Shown here: piece after piece, positions 48,625 through 60,155 of the stretch
Layout of the letters: the number at the start of each line of letters is the position of its first letter
Numbering within the stretch: position 1 is the stretch's first letter
NCBI GenBank assembly: GCA_044892505.1
Contig: CM097883.1
Location: forward strand, 441,068,001 to 441,132,000
Origin: Schmidtea nova
Lineage: Eukaryota
Direction of reading: 5' to 3'
Length of the DNA: 64,000 bases
The notes under the pieces: generated by a model
Databases searched by the model: none
What the model was told of the DNA's origin: nothing
What the model saw: only the letters and a program-made list of their open reading frames with translations
Position numbers and translations under genes: made by a program

Positions 48625-49504
48625 CTGTAAATAAAAAATAAGTCATCTAAAATGTACACTTTATTAATGATGAAAATATAGGAATTAAATCTTGAAGATA
48701 ATGAAAACCTAAGTGTTAAGGTTAAAAATAAAGGGTAACATTCAAAGTAAACAAAAATTCACTAAAACAATTGCCAAAATACTTTTGACTAAGAATTCAA
48801 AAATCAAACTTTACAAATGTATTTACATAAGATACTTGATAGGGGGTCCAATTTTGGAATCCTGGAGAATTTCTGATGATAATAATCATGAAAGTATGCT
48901 CAATATAATCGCAGGAGTGCCGATTAAGTAGCAAAAGGTCTAGCGGATTTCTAATTTTTTAAAGAAAGACTGTTTGCCTAAGAAAACTAAGTAATCAGAA
49001 ACAGTAGGTGAGTGGGATGCAGAGGGGTATTAGAGGTCAAGTGTGAATAGCCTTTTGATATATTCTCCAATACGCGTCTTTCTGTGACACTGTTCCCTTT
49101 TCCATAGTGAAACGAAAGATGAACAAATATATAAAGTTTGTACCATATATAGTAGAAGACATATGGAAATATTTACATCGAGATTTATCTTGTTAAGGAG
49201 CATAGTGAAAAAATGTACTCAAATAAACTAGATCCGCAACCAAAGATTTATAAACATGTAATTCTACAAACATCCCATCCTATAAAGTATTTCGAGCCTT
49301 CACACCAAGAGATTGAAACAACATTTGACGCTTCTCAACGCTGAAGTGATTCACTTTCATGAAGTGTTCAAAACATTTTTTATAAATTTTGTAGACAGAA
49401 AGAAAATGTTTCTTGTTAACTCAAATCAGTTTTGCTTCATACGGTAATAAAGTTTTGAAATTAAAAAAAACTGTTTAAAATAATTCTCCATTGAAATCTC
49501 CAAT

Positions 49505-49885
49505 CCTACGGACTGACAATGCCCAAACTCATACACACGAAGGGTGAAGCAGAAAATTCAAGAACTGAAAGGCATCGAAGTCATCCCCCCATCCAGCGTA
49601 TAGTTCGGATCTTGTCTCTTTTGATTATCATTTGTTTCGGTCTCTTTCATATTTTATTCGAGGACGCTTTGGTTCATAGGAATATGTCAAAAATGGATTC
49701 GGAGAATCTTTCGCCTTCAAGACACTTGAGTGGTATTGCCATGGGATTGAGCTATTGGCAGAAAGATAGTTTGAGTTATTGAAAATGGTGGACAGTATTT
49801 CGATGAATAATATGATCCGTGTTATAAAAATTTGAGTAAAAAATATATTAGCATAAAAACATGAATAACTTTTGACTCAACCTAG
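49505..49885 (+). pseudogene. 3' fragment of a second mariner (DD34D-type) with its right TIR
   Basis: DNAQTH, then (frameshift) KIQELKGIEVIPHPAYSSDLVSFDYHLFRSL...GIELLAER*, followed by a mariner-like end aaaaacatgaataacttttgactcaacctag-TA. Confidence 0.75.
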
Positions 49886-52800
49886 TATAGGGATCTTGGC
49901 CACATTATGGCGAGATTTTACTTTATAGACAGTGATTTAACTACAAATTTTATGACTATAATCAAAATTTATTTTGGCACCCCCTTGACAGTTGAATGTT
50001 TTGAGTGAATGAAATAAGTTATGAAATGATTTGCGTAAGTTTAAATAAATATAAAAAAAATATTTATAGACAAATTAAAATAAAATTGTAATTGAGATTT
50101 TTATTATTAATTATATCAAAAATATACAATAGACATTCTTAATCTGCAAAACATGTGAAAACTACGGCATTTCGTCTCTCGACTAGGGACTCGGAACGTC
50201 CTAAGGAGGCTCAAGGCTTTTCTCTCTCAACAGATCATCTAGTCACTAATCGAGTTGTTTTTCATATATACTACTCCGTCTATAATGCCGATTCTACAGT
50301 AATTTTACAGAATATAATATTCGGTTCCCGGACGTAAGCGCAATTGATAGTCTGTTTGGGCTTTTGTCCTCATGGGCTTTTGTCCGCTGCGCTTTTATAA
50401 ATTGCGCTTCTGTCCGGTCACCATAATATTCTCATGACACTTATAGTATGATTTTGTCGAGTGATGGATTGGTTGAATATGGGTTGTTTTATATAAATTT
50501 AGTTGTGTTTTTAACATCTGAAAATTAAAAAAATAATAATTTTATATGGACATTGGCATTTACGAGGCCCAAAACATTGCTTGCCTTTGCTATTCAATTG
50601 TAAACCGCTGTTTAAAGCCAAAAATTGGAAAATTTAGAGCTAATTTGGAAAAAGATATTATGGTAAGATTACAGAAAATTACCTAAAAAACAAATTCGAA
50701 TATTTTATTAATATGGACAAATAATTAAATAACTCATACTTATATACTTTTCTCTTGTTTCCTGATTTCACACATTCTCCTAGTCTAATGTCTCCGAATG
50801 GAATGTTAAACTCGTAGCGATTTCTTNNNNNNNNNNNNNNNNNNNNNNNNNNNNNNNNNNNNNNNNNNNNNNNNNNNNNNNNNNNNNNNNNNNNNNNNNN
50901 NNNNNNNNNNNNNNNNNNNNNNNNNNNNNNNNNNNNNNNNNNNNNNNNNNNNNNNNNNNNNNNNNNNNNNNNNNNNNNNNNNNNNNNNNNNNNNNNNNNN
51001 NNNNNNNNNNNNNNNNCAGTCTTGGGTATTTATCAATTAGTCGGTGTCTGACTCCTTGGTGTTCTTATAGAATTGATTCAAGAAAAACCCAACACAGTAA
51101 AATTTATTCGAAAGTATGACACTTTACAACACTCTTACAACTATTTGACACAATTTTTTGATAATAATAAGTCTCTTTACACAATTTCAACAACTTTTTT
51201 TCTTACAGCTTTTTCTATTGAACGTATGGATAAGTCTCCTAAAGGAAAATATCTTTTCTGGTACGCTTTAAAGAGTTATTTTAATTCTAACTACTACTGA
51301 TTCTCGACCTGTCATCGTGCAAATATTTAACTAACTTTTGCCTTTGATCACTCTGGCAAACTTTGGAATTTTCCTCTCCTTTTTATATTGTCCAGCTTGA
51401 TGAATTTTTCTTATCTGATTAGGTTGTCTGACGGATGCCTCTCAAGTTGACAACTTCCTTATCTAAGTCATTTTAATAAAATTATTAATTACTTTTTCTC
51501 AATCGGAATTTTCGCGTTTCGTTTAAAATAAATTTCCCCGGGGATAATTAACTGTCTTGCCGATCATCCGAGCTTCCCACGCTATTTGGGTTTCCTATTA
51601 GCCAATTAACTCTTAATCAATTTAATAATATTTTAATTCGTTTCTTCTGGAGACCCCCATTAATTTTATTTTATCATTTTTGGATTCATATCACTATTCG
51701 GCATACATCCAATTTATTCCCCCTCTAAATCTAAATTCTTAAAATTTCTAAATTTTAATTCATTTTTTATGGTTTAATTATTACTTTAAAAATGTTTATA
51801 TTTTATTGATTTTTATCAAGTTTTTGTGTGTTTTATTTTTGTATTTGAGCTTATTTTATTAAACCCCAACCTATTTTTTGATTTTCTTGATGACAGTTCT
51901 TTTTAAATGGACATATTTAAAAGATAGATATATAAAAAAACATATTTTGAAAAATGTATTAAGGGGAAATTTGTAATGCATGTTTTCTGCAAACAATATC
52001 AACTGTACACAAGTTCTGGAAAAAAATAATTCATTTAAAAAATTCGGAATTATGTATGGTCTAGAACAGAATTTGGGTGTTTATTAAGGAGTCATTGCCT
52101 TTTCTGCCTGGAAAGCAAGTTATAGATAGTGAAACATAACTGAAAATTTTAAATATTAAATTAAAGCTCCCGGTTTTAAAACTTTCAATGAGATCTCATA
52201 TGAAAAGCAAGGTTTCCCAAACAAGACAAAGTCTGGTGTCACTTGATAGAAGACATGTCTTTTTATGGCTTGGATATATTTAAGACCTCAATGGATCAGT
52301 TAATCATAATTTTTAAAAGAATATAATATATAATTTTATAAAATAGCCAAAACATTTAAAACGATAAATTTTGATGACGATTCTTATATTTTTTATCTTT
52401 ATTCTATACTCGTTTAATTTTTCATATATGATGGGCGAAATGCCACATATCTTGGAGAAGACTGACCGTATTTTCTGTACTCGAGTGTTAGAGCATTTTC
52501 AATTGATGATGATTGGTTATTATTTTATAGGTATATTTATGTTGGGATGGTGGAATCAGAAAATAAATTTGCGTAAACGTGAGGAAAAACAGAAAAAAAT
52601 AAATTATTTAATCAATAGACACATAATCTAGTAGAGTTAAAACAAAACAAAATATAAATATTTAAAAAATAAATAGAATACATTATAACTATAATTTTCA
52701 AATTTATCTTTTATGTACAAATAAATTGTCGATTACGCCTAAAGGCATTTCAACGTAGATTAATATACAATGGTGCACTCGAAATACAATCAAATTAGAT

Positions 52801-54370
52801 TATTGAATGAGGTGAGTGATATTGCGTTGCAAGGTATTGTGATTGCCATTAACGATGATTATTCACCAAAGGTCGTAGGCATGACTGCACTCTTGTTCGT
52901 TGTTTTTGATTTACGCGTAGTGTCAACAGCAAAAATGAAAAATAGGTGTGATAGATGTTATAGTTTCACGGTTGGGTAGTCAGTGTGAATGGTAAATGAA
53001 TTGTTAATGATTGTTACTGAAAAATAATCCAAAAATGTTTCTAAAAACAAAAACATAAAAATATTTTGGAAAATACGTGCATGCAGTCTCGACAGAGTCA
53101 GCATGTGAGCTTACACGTATTGTCCGAGAGACTGGTGTTGGGGGTCGTTAAGATGATAGAAAACCGCGAGAAAAGCTGCTGCATACACCCACAGTTTTAC
53201 TAACAGCTGTATAGCAACCCCGCATCATTAGTGGACACACCACCACTCAAAAATAGTATATATAGAAGTTGAAAAACCGTAATTTTAACACTCGTAGAAC
53301 ATTTTTCTGAAAACCAAAATTTGCGGACAGCCAGTTTTTAAGAGATTCCACCAGCCAGCTTTGATCATTTTATTTGATCATTCGAGAGGAGCAAACCTTC
53401 GCGAGCTTGATCATGTAAAATTTTATTTTTATTTGTTTCTATAATGCGTAATTGGAAGTTTTTTCTATAAAGTTTGAATTGATTTTAATAAATATTTAAA
53501 ATATCAATTTTGAATTGGTTTTGATTTAGTAATATCCGATTTAAATTTGGCTCATAAAGTAAATAGATGCATCCCTCTGTGGTGAAAATCGCGAGCGTGA
53601 TTCCGTACGAGTGGGGCTGTTTATGGTACCCCCATATGGTGAGTACAACATAAAAATTATAGACAATTAAATCTTGAGTGACAAGAGTTGGAAAATTTAA
53701 GGTATAAGTGTAAAGTAAACATGAGGGAGTTAAGGAAGGTTATATATACAATTTTTGAGAACGAATAAATGTGGGTAACAGAGAACTAAGATTAAATCAG
53801 GCTATAGAACCGTAAGTGTAAGTCCTTTTATCGGCAGCGTGAACCCGAAAGAGAGAATATAGTGAGGAATAGTTTCGGCAACGTAGTTTACCTGCTCACT
53901 ATATTCTCGCCATCGTGTACAGTACCAACATAGTTAGGGAATGACTATGGGTATACGAGTGTGGTAGTTTAATATTTATGATGGGATATGGGTCATATTA
54001 ATCCCTGGTGTCAATAATAATTTTTACAATAATACCCATACAACCCAGCATTTATAAAATATTTTTTAAAAAAATATCTTTTAAAAAAGAATATGGTTTT
54101 TAAGAATAATTAATTTAAATTAAAAAAATAATTTTATCGTTTTAAATGTTTTGGTTAGTTATAAAATTATATATTACATTTAAAAAAATATATATTATTA
54201 ATTTTGAAAATTAATTTATTTAATTTATATTGGAATGATTGACTGAATAACACCTGATGACGAGAAGGAGTTTCTCGAAATACATATAATTTTAGATTGG
54301 CGTTTGTTTTAATTAATAAAATTATATTTATATTTTTAGAAATCATTGCAAATTTTCCAATCAAACTTAC

Positions 54371-54431
54371 ATGCATTTATCAACCCTTTCCAAGATGAAA
54401 TCTTCGTCACAGTTACTCATCAAGTCATTTT
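54371..54431 (-). CDS. Candidate internal exon, possibly of the KSR-like gene
   Basis: Strong tttacag acceptor and gtaagt donor. The only open frame reads NDLMSNCDEDFILERVDKC and ends in phase 2. Linkage to the kinase exons is unproven. Confidence 0.35.
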
Positions 54432-55499
54432 CTGTAAATAAAAAAATAAAATTATAATATTAGTAACATTAATAACATTAATTTGCTTTATTAATCAATT
54501 AACCTTTTAAACTTAAATAGAGACTCAATTAATATTGGCACATGAAAATAAAAATTTTTTACCACAACATTTATTTTTTATTTACACAAAAGTGACATTT
54601 TTATTTCCATGTTATCTGAAAATCAACTTATGTATTTCCAATGATGCGTGATTTTTCCAATTAAAACAAGATTTTAGTTTAAAACTGCTAATATATTTTG
54701 TAAAAGTAATATTTCAAAAAAAGATTTGTTTAAAATTAATATTTTTTAAATTTCAAATTAAACTTTGATAATAATAATTCGTTGTAGCTGCATTAATTAA
54801 ATATTAAATAGTTAATAACAAAATAAGCCTTTGCTACAAAGTTTTATTAGGTAAACATTTTCGATTAAAAAATAATCTTTATCAATTTTGATTTCAGAAT
54901 ATAACTGGAATCTTCACCATGTACTGCTGTTTTTTTTCTTTTGAATTATCTCAATTTTATTGGGTGTAAATCTGATTAATATAATATTAAAAAAAAAATT
55001 TTTAATTTTAAAAATAAATTTAAATTTTGACTTTATAAAATTAAAGCAATTTTTTTATTTCTAAAATTTAAATATTAAGCTAAGTTTTTATTTTATATTT
55101 TAGGTTTTTTAATCCTTTTATTTTAAAATTTTAAAAGTAATTTAATTTTATATAAAAAANNNNNNNNNNNNNNNNNNNNNNNNNNNNNNNNNNNNNNNNN
55201 NNNNNNNNNNNNNNNNNNNNNNNNNNNNNNNNNNNNNNNNNNNNNNNNNNNNNNNNNNNNNNNNNNNNNNNNNNNNNNNNNNNNNNNNNNNNNNTAATTC
55301 TTAATTGAAACAATAACGAGAAAAAGTAATAAATATTTTATGAGCAATATATTATGCAAGGCGGATATTTTAACCATGAAATTAATCATAAATTATTAAT
55401 TTTTAGTGTATATAATTTTTAATTCAGGATATACATTATAAATTTCATATTTAAAAATTTTTCTAAGAAATTATTTATTTTATTTTAATTATTTCAGGC

Positions 55500-55541
<42 letters not shown>

Positions 55542-56323
55542 AGAACAAAATTTTAACACCAAATTTCTAATTAATGTCAACAATATTCTCATCATTTTAT
55601 TCACTGTCAGTATTAGATTCGACAGTTTCAATAATTTCTAACGCCTGAAAATAATCAAAACATTTCAGTTAAGTCGTCCGAATACGTTTAAGGCTTATTA
55701 TAATAAAACAAGTAACACTTTTGATAGCACTTTTTTATTTATTATTAATTATACACCATAATATGCACTAAATGAAGAATTTTTAGACTTTAAATTTCAA
55801 CTTGTTTCTAAGATATTCGCAAAATATATTTTATAACTGTATAAAAAGCATCATAGATATTCAAATATGAAACTCCTGCTGTGACTTCCTGATTATATTA
55901 TTTCAAGCATAAATTCAAAGACAAAATAAGCATTGATAAATAATGCATGCAACAAAGAATAAAGGACAAATAACATATTATATATATATATATATATATA
56001 ATTGTTGACCGTCCGATTTGTGAACCTGAAAGTTTTCATGATTTACACAAATTTATTTTTTTAATTAAATATTCAAGTTCATAACTAAGGAATCTTAATA
56101 AAGTACAATAGCCCCTCCCTAGAACACGAGCCGTCAGAATACGTCTCCAATAACGCCTGTAATTTTATTAGTGCACAGTAATAAACCTGTATGTTATTTA
56201 ACTCTGTTTATTTAAAAATAAAAGAAAACATAATTTAATGCCAAATATCTTTTTTTACTTGCGTTAAAAGCAGTACAAGTATAGACGTTATTAAAATATT
56301 TCAGTAAAAAATAATAACTTATA

Positions 56324-56590
56324 TTTAATTGAGCATTAATAATATATTGAATGAGCATTAATAATATATTGAATGAGCATTAATAATATATTGAATGAGC
56401 ATTAATAATATATTGAATGAGCATTAATAATATATTGAATGAGCATTAATAATATATTGAATGAGCATTAATAATATATTGAATGAACATTAATAATATA
56501 TTGAATGAGCATTAATAATATATTGAATGAGCATTAATAATATATTGAATGAGCATTAACATAATAAAGCTTTAGTATTAACTTAATAGC
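56324..56590 (+). repeat. Dispersed element carrying a 22-bp minisatellite (10 units)
   Basis: atttaatt + (gagcattaataatatattgaat)x10 + 40-bp tail aacataataaagctttagtattaacttaatagca. Confidence 0.9.
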
Positions 56591-56919
56591 ACTGTATTCG
56601 AAAAATCATAAAAATATCTTGATTTACAAATTTTGTAAATATTAATCTTCAAGTTAGATCTTTCTTACGATTTCGACTTTTTTCATATTTTTCAAATAAA
56701 AGATAGAAAAAAAATTTTCTGTTAATACAACAGTGCCTTTTCCAAATGATGATTTTCTGTAAATATAGAAAAATCATCAAAATTCTTTTTTTTTTATTTT
56801 TTAAAGTTTATTCCTTGTTCCACTTGTTCAACTTCCTATTTGCTCCATCTAGAATTTCTCTTCGTTACCCGTTGAAATGGACTCAAATTTTCTTCAGTAC
56901 TGTAATATTGATCTTTACA

Positions 56920-57224
56920 CAGTGGCGGAACTTCAAAATTTGGGCCCCCCGCAAAAGAATGTTTTCGTTTAAATGTAAAAAACTTTTCGTTTAAATGTAA
57001 ACTACGCACTCCAATACAAAAATAAATTTTTGAACAATATATTTTAATACGATGGATGACATTTTTTTTATCCAAGTTTTATATTTTAGGGCCCACTATA
57101 CCTGCGGAAAAGAGTTTTATAGTATAAATATTATTGAGAGTATAATTTTTTTTATATGAGGGCCCCCTATAGCAGGTAGGCCCCCCCGCAACGCAGGGTC
57201 CTGCGTCCAGTAGTTCCGCCGCTG
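56920..57224. mobile_element. hAT-type MITE, 305 bp
   Basis: TIRs cagtggcggaact / agttccgccgctg with a perfect 8-bp TSD tctttaca (56912-56919, 57225-57232). Confidence 0.9.
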
Positions 57225-57708
57225 TCTTTACATCTAAGTCTTAGGAATAACTTTTGTTATAACTTCCAATCATTCTTCTACCTAGCTGATTAAATAATAA
57301 ATCATATTTATCTTATTTTTAAAATTTATAAAGCTACCCTAGATAGAAAAGTACATAAAAAATGGTATATAAATTATTTCCAGTCACAAATCATAAATCA
57401 ACAATTACCTATCGACGAATACCTTTTTTTCTAGACGGACATCTTTCTTTAAAATGTTCGTTTGCTACTACACCAAACTACCTAGAGATGAGTCCGTAAA
57501 TCAGACATTCAACAATTCAAGACAAAAAGGATTATTTTGTTCGAATAAATGCCTTGTATGTTTAAAACGACCTTAAAATGGTGACCGGAACATTTCAGCG
57601 TGTAATTAAAATTTTCATATTCTATGAATTGATACGTATATATACGCTTTTTTTAGAAAAATGTGACCAATAAAATTAGTTAGCCAGAAAATATAGCGGA
57701 GTAGATTT

Positions 57709-58747
57709 TTATAATTCAGCCATCAGATAAAGAATTGCTTCGACCAAATCCTCTTTCATCGATGCTCATAAGTCTGATTTAATAATTTCCAAAGAGGAAA
57801 ACAGTTTTTCAACACTGACTTGCGTCGGCGGCATTGCAGTCACAGATGCAACTGAATCACGAATATTTTATGGATAAATAGTGATTGCTTCCTCCACGTT
57901 CAGTTTTGATGAACTATCATATTCATTTATTTATTTTTACATTGTTCAAAATACTCTTGTTTAAATTTTGATTTTAAAAATCTACTGGTTCGTATTCTTT
58001 TTCTTAATTTAAATGGCTTTACTTTTATTTGTTCTAAACTAGTGGTTCTTAACCTTTTCAGTGGTCAGCACCCCCTTCAGATTGAAAATAAGCTCTTCCA
58101 TCCTTTTGAAAAATGTGTTTCCATTTTTTATTAAGGAAAATGCATTTATTGCAAGATAATTTATTTGATGCATAAACAAATGAATACATTTACAAATTTT
58201 TTAAACTTCTCTTGCACCCCCAGAAATGTTGTCTCACACCCCTAGAAATGCTGTCTCACACCCATAGAAATGCTGTCCAGCACTCCTAGAAATGATGTCC
58301 CGTACCCCTAGAAATGCTGTCCCGCACTTCCAGGGATGCACGTATCCCAGGTTAAGAACCACTGTTCTAATCTATCTAAATATGCTTCGAAATTTAACTC
58401 ATAATCAGAAGATGACTCGGATCCGTCAAACATTTCAATTTAAACTTCCTCTGATTTGTGAATTTTAGGTACATGTAACGTTATATACGAATTGTGACTT
58501 CAACAAGTTTTCTCTTTGCTTTGGCATTTTTATTTCTATTTAACAAAATTCGATTCATTGAAACAACGTAAATAGTAACTAACAGAATATTGTTATTTAA
58601 TATATCATACTCTCTTCTTAACATTGAAGATGTAATTGCACCAGCAATTGCTCGTCCTGTTTTTAAGCTTATGAATAAGGCTTTATCACTCAAAAAAACA
58701 TTCCATGTGTCATATCTTCGGCCTGCAGCTTTTTGCTGAAAACACAA
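57709..58747 (-). pseudogene. Decayed, internally deleted hAT transposase
   Basis: C-terminal dimerisation domain VTAMPPTQVSVEKLFSSLEIIKSDL*ASMKEDLVEAILYL (about 57710-57850), preceded by FEAYLDRLE|QIKVK, which is split by a MITE. A possible TIR start tagagatg lies at 57483. Confidence 0.7.
58040..58364. mobile_element. Charlie-like hAT MITE with internal about 23-bp tandem repeats
   Basis: TIRs tagtggttcttaacc / ggttaagaaccactg, TSD ttctaaac / ttctaatc (7/8). Inserted in the hAT pseudogene. Confidence 0.8.
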
Positions 58748-58893
58748 GAGAGTGACAAGACGAACGGTGGTGATACAATTAATATATAAATAAATATAAT
58801 ATTTATATTAAATATAAATTAAATATATATTAAATATATTTTTATTATATAAAAAAAGAAATTGTGTAAAAAACTTGTTTTAATTAGAAAAAA

Positions 58894-59096
58894 ATTTAAT
58901 TGAGCATTAATAATATATTGAATGAGCATTAATAATATATTGAATGAGCATTAATAATATATTGAATGAGCATTAATAATATATTGAATGAGCATTAATA
59001 ATATATTGAATGAACATTAATAATATATTGAATGAGCATTAATAATATATTGAATGAGCATTAACATAATAAAGCTTTAGTATTAACTTAATAGCA
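58894..59096 (+). repeat. Second copy of the 22-bp minisatellite element (7 units)
   Basis: Same head and tail as 56324-56590. Confidence 0.9.
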
Positions 59097-59809
59097 TTAT
59101 AGAAATTATTATTATTATTATTATTATTGATGTTCGAATGAGCCAAGACCCTTGGAAAGGCATGTTTATTATCATCATATATTTGATCTTGAATTGAAGA
59201 AATACTCTTCCCATCATCCATCCAAATCTTTATCAAGCATTTCATGGAAAGTGTCACACACAAATTAACCAAGCATTCAATAGCATCAGAACCGATTGTA
59301 AGGATTAAATGGTTTATTATTGCATCAAAATTACAGTTATTGATATGATTAAAAGTTTGAAAGATCAAAATCAGATCAGGATATTTGAAAGGAGTCATTG
59401 CCTTGTAAATCAATATCATGCTCTTTAATAACGGACTCAATATATGGAAATCAGACGCTTGCAAATTCAATAGTATTTTATAGAAAATACTCTCAGCTTT
59501 TTCCCATATTGGAATGTTGATTTCACATCGTTGAGTGATTTCTAAATTTGTTGAAGCCATTTGTTGAATCAAATTCGAAATATTATTAAACAAGCCATTT
59601 ATGTCCATATTCATGTTTTCATGATCAATATTCTTCAATTTAAACAATCTTCTGTTGCAGGTCGAAGTTGATATTAAAAACTGGCAAAATGGATACCAAT
59701 TAACGTGAGATTTCAAATTAACATATTCATCATCATTGTTTCTAGAAGAATCAAACGAAAGAAAAGATTCTTTAATCAACCCAAGTCTTCTTTCAATGTC
59801 AGATTCCAT
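59039..59809 (-). CDS. Hypothetical protein (256-aa ORF; the last about 20 codons come from the repeat element)
   Basis: ATG-started 771-bp ORF in very AT-rich DNA, with helical Leu/Ile-rich content and a poly-Asn tract. No recognisable domain, and the true 3' end or splicing is unknown. Confidence 0.5.
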   Translation of the reverse strand: MESDIERRLGLIKESFLSFDSSRNNDDEYVNLKSHVNWYPFCQFLISTSTCNRRLFKLKNIDHENMNMDINGLFNNISNLIQQMASTNLEITQRCEINIPIWEKAESIFYKILLNLQASDFHILSPLLKSMILIYKAMTPFKYPDLILIFQTFNHINNCNFDAIINHLILTIGSDAIECLVNLCVTLSMKCLIKIWMDDGKSISSIQDQIYDDNKHAFPRVLAHSNINNNNNNNNFYNAIKLILKLYYVNAHSIYY

Positions 59810-60155
59810 TCCAATTCAAATTCAAAATATAAGACCGCAAAATAGTTTTTTAAACCAACTTGAAAAATCCGTTCGGCCAAACAAAACTCCAAATCTCTAA
59901 ATAATCAAACGCGAATTTCTAAAATTAAAATCAATTCACAAAACTCAAAAAAAACCATAATTACTCACGCGCACACGTGCGAATAAAATCAGAAAAATCA
60001 CGAGCGCACACAGACGCGATGGCAATGAAAATACAACCACGCACACGCAGACGCGACACATCCAAATCATTTCTGCGCACATGCGCACATAGAAATCACC
60101 AATTATATTATTATTATTTTATTATTATTAATAGACACACACACATATATATATA

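Noticed and set aside
51050-51720. Retroelement pol remnant on the minus strand
   Set aside because: Too degraded for any motif to be read with confidence.
56331-56560. 22-bp repeats as CRISPR or iterons
   Set aside because: Head-to-tail minisatellite without spacers.
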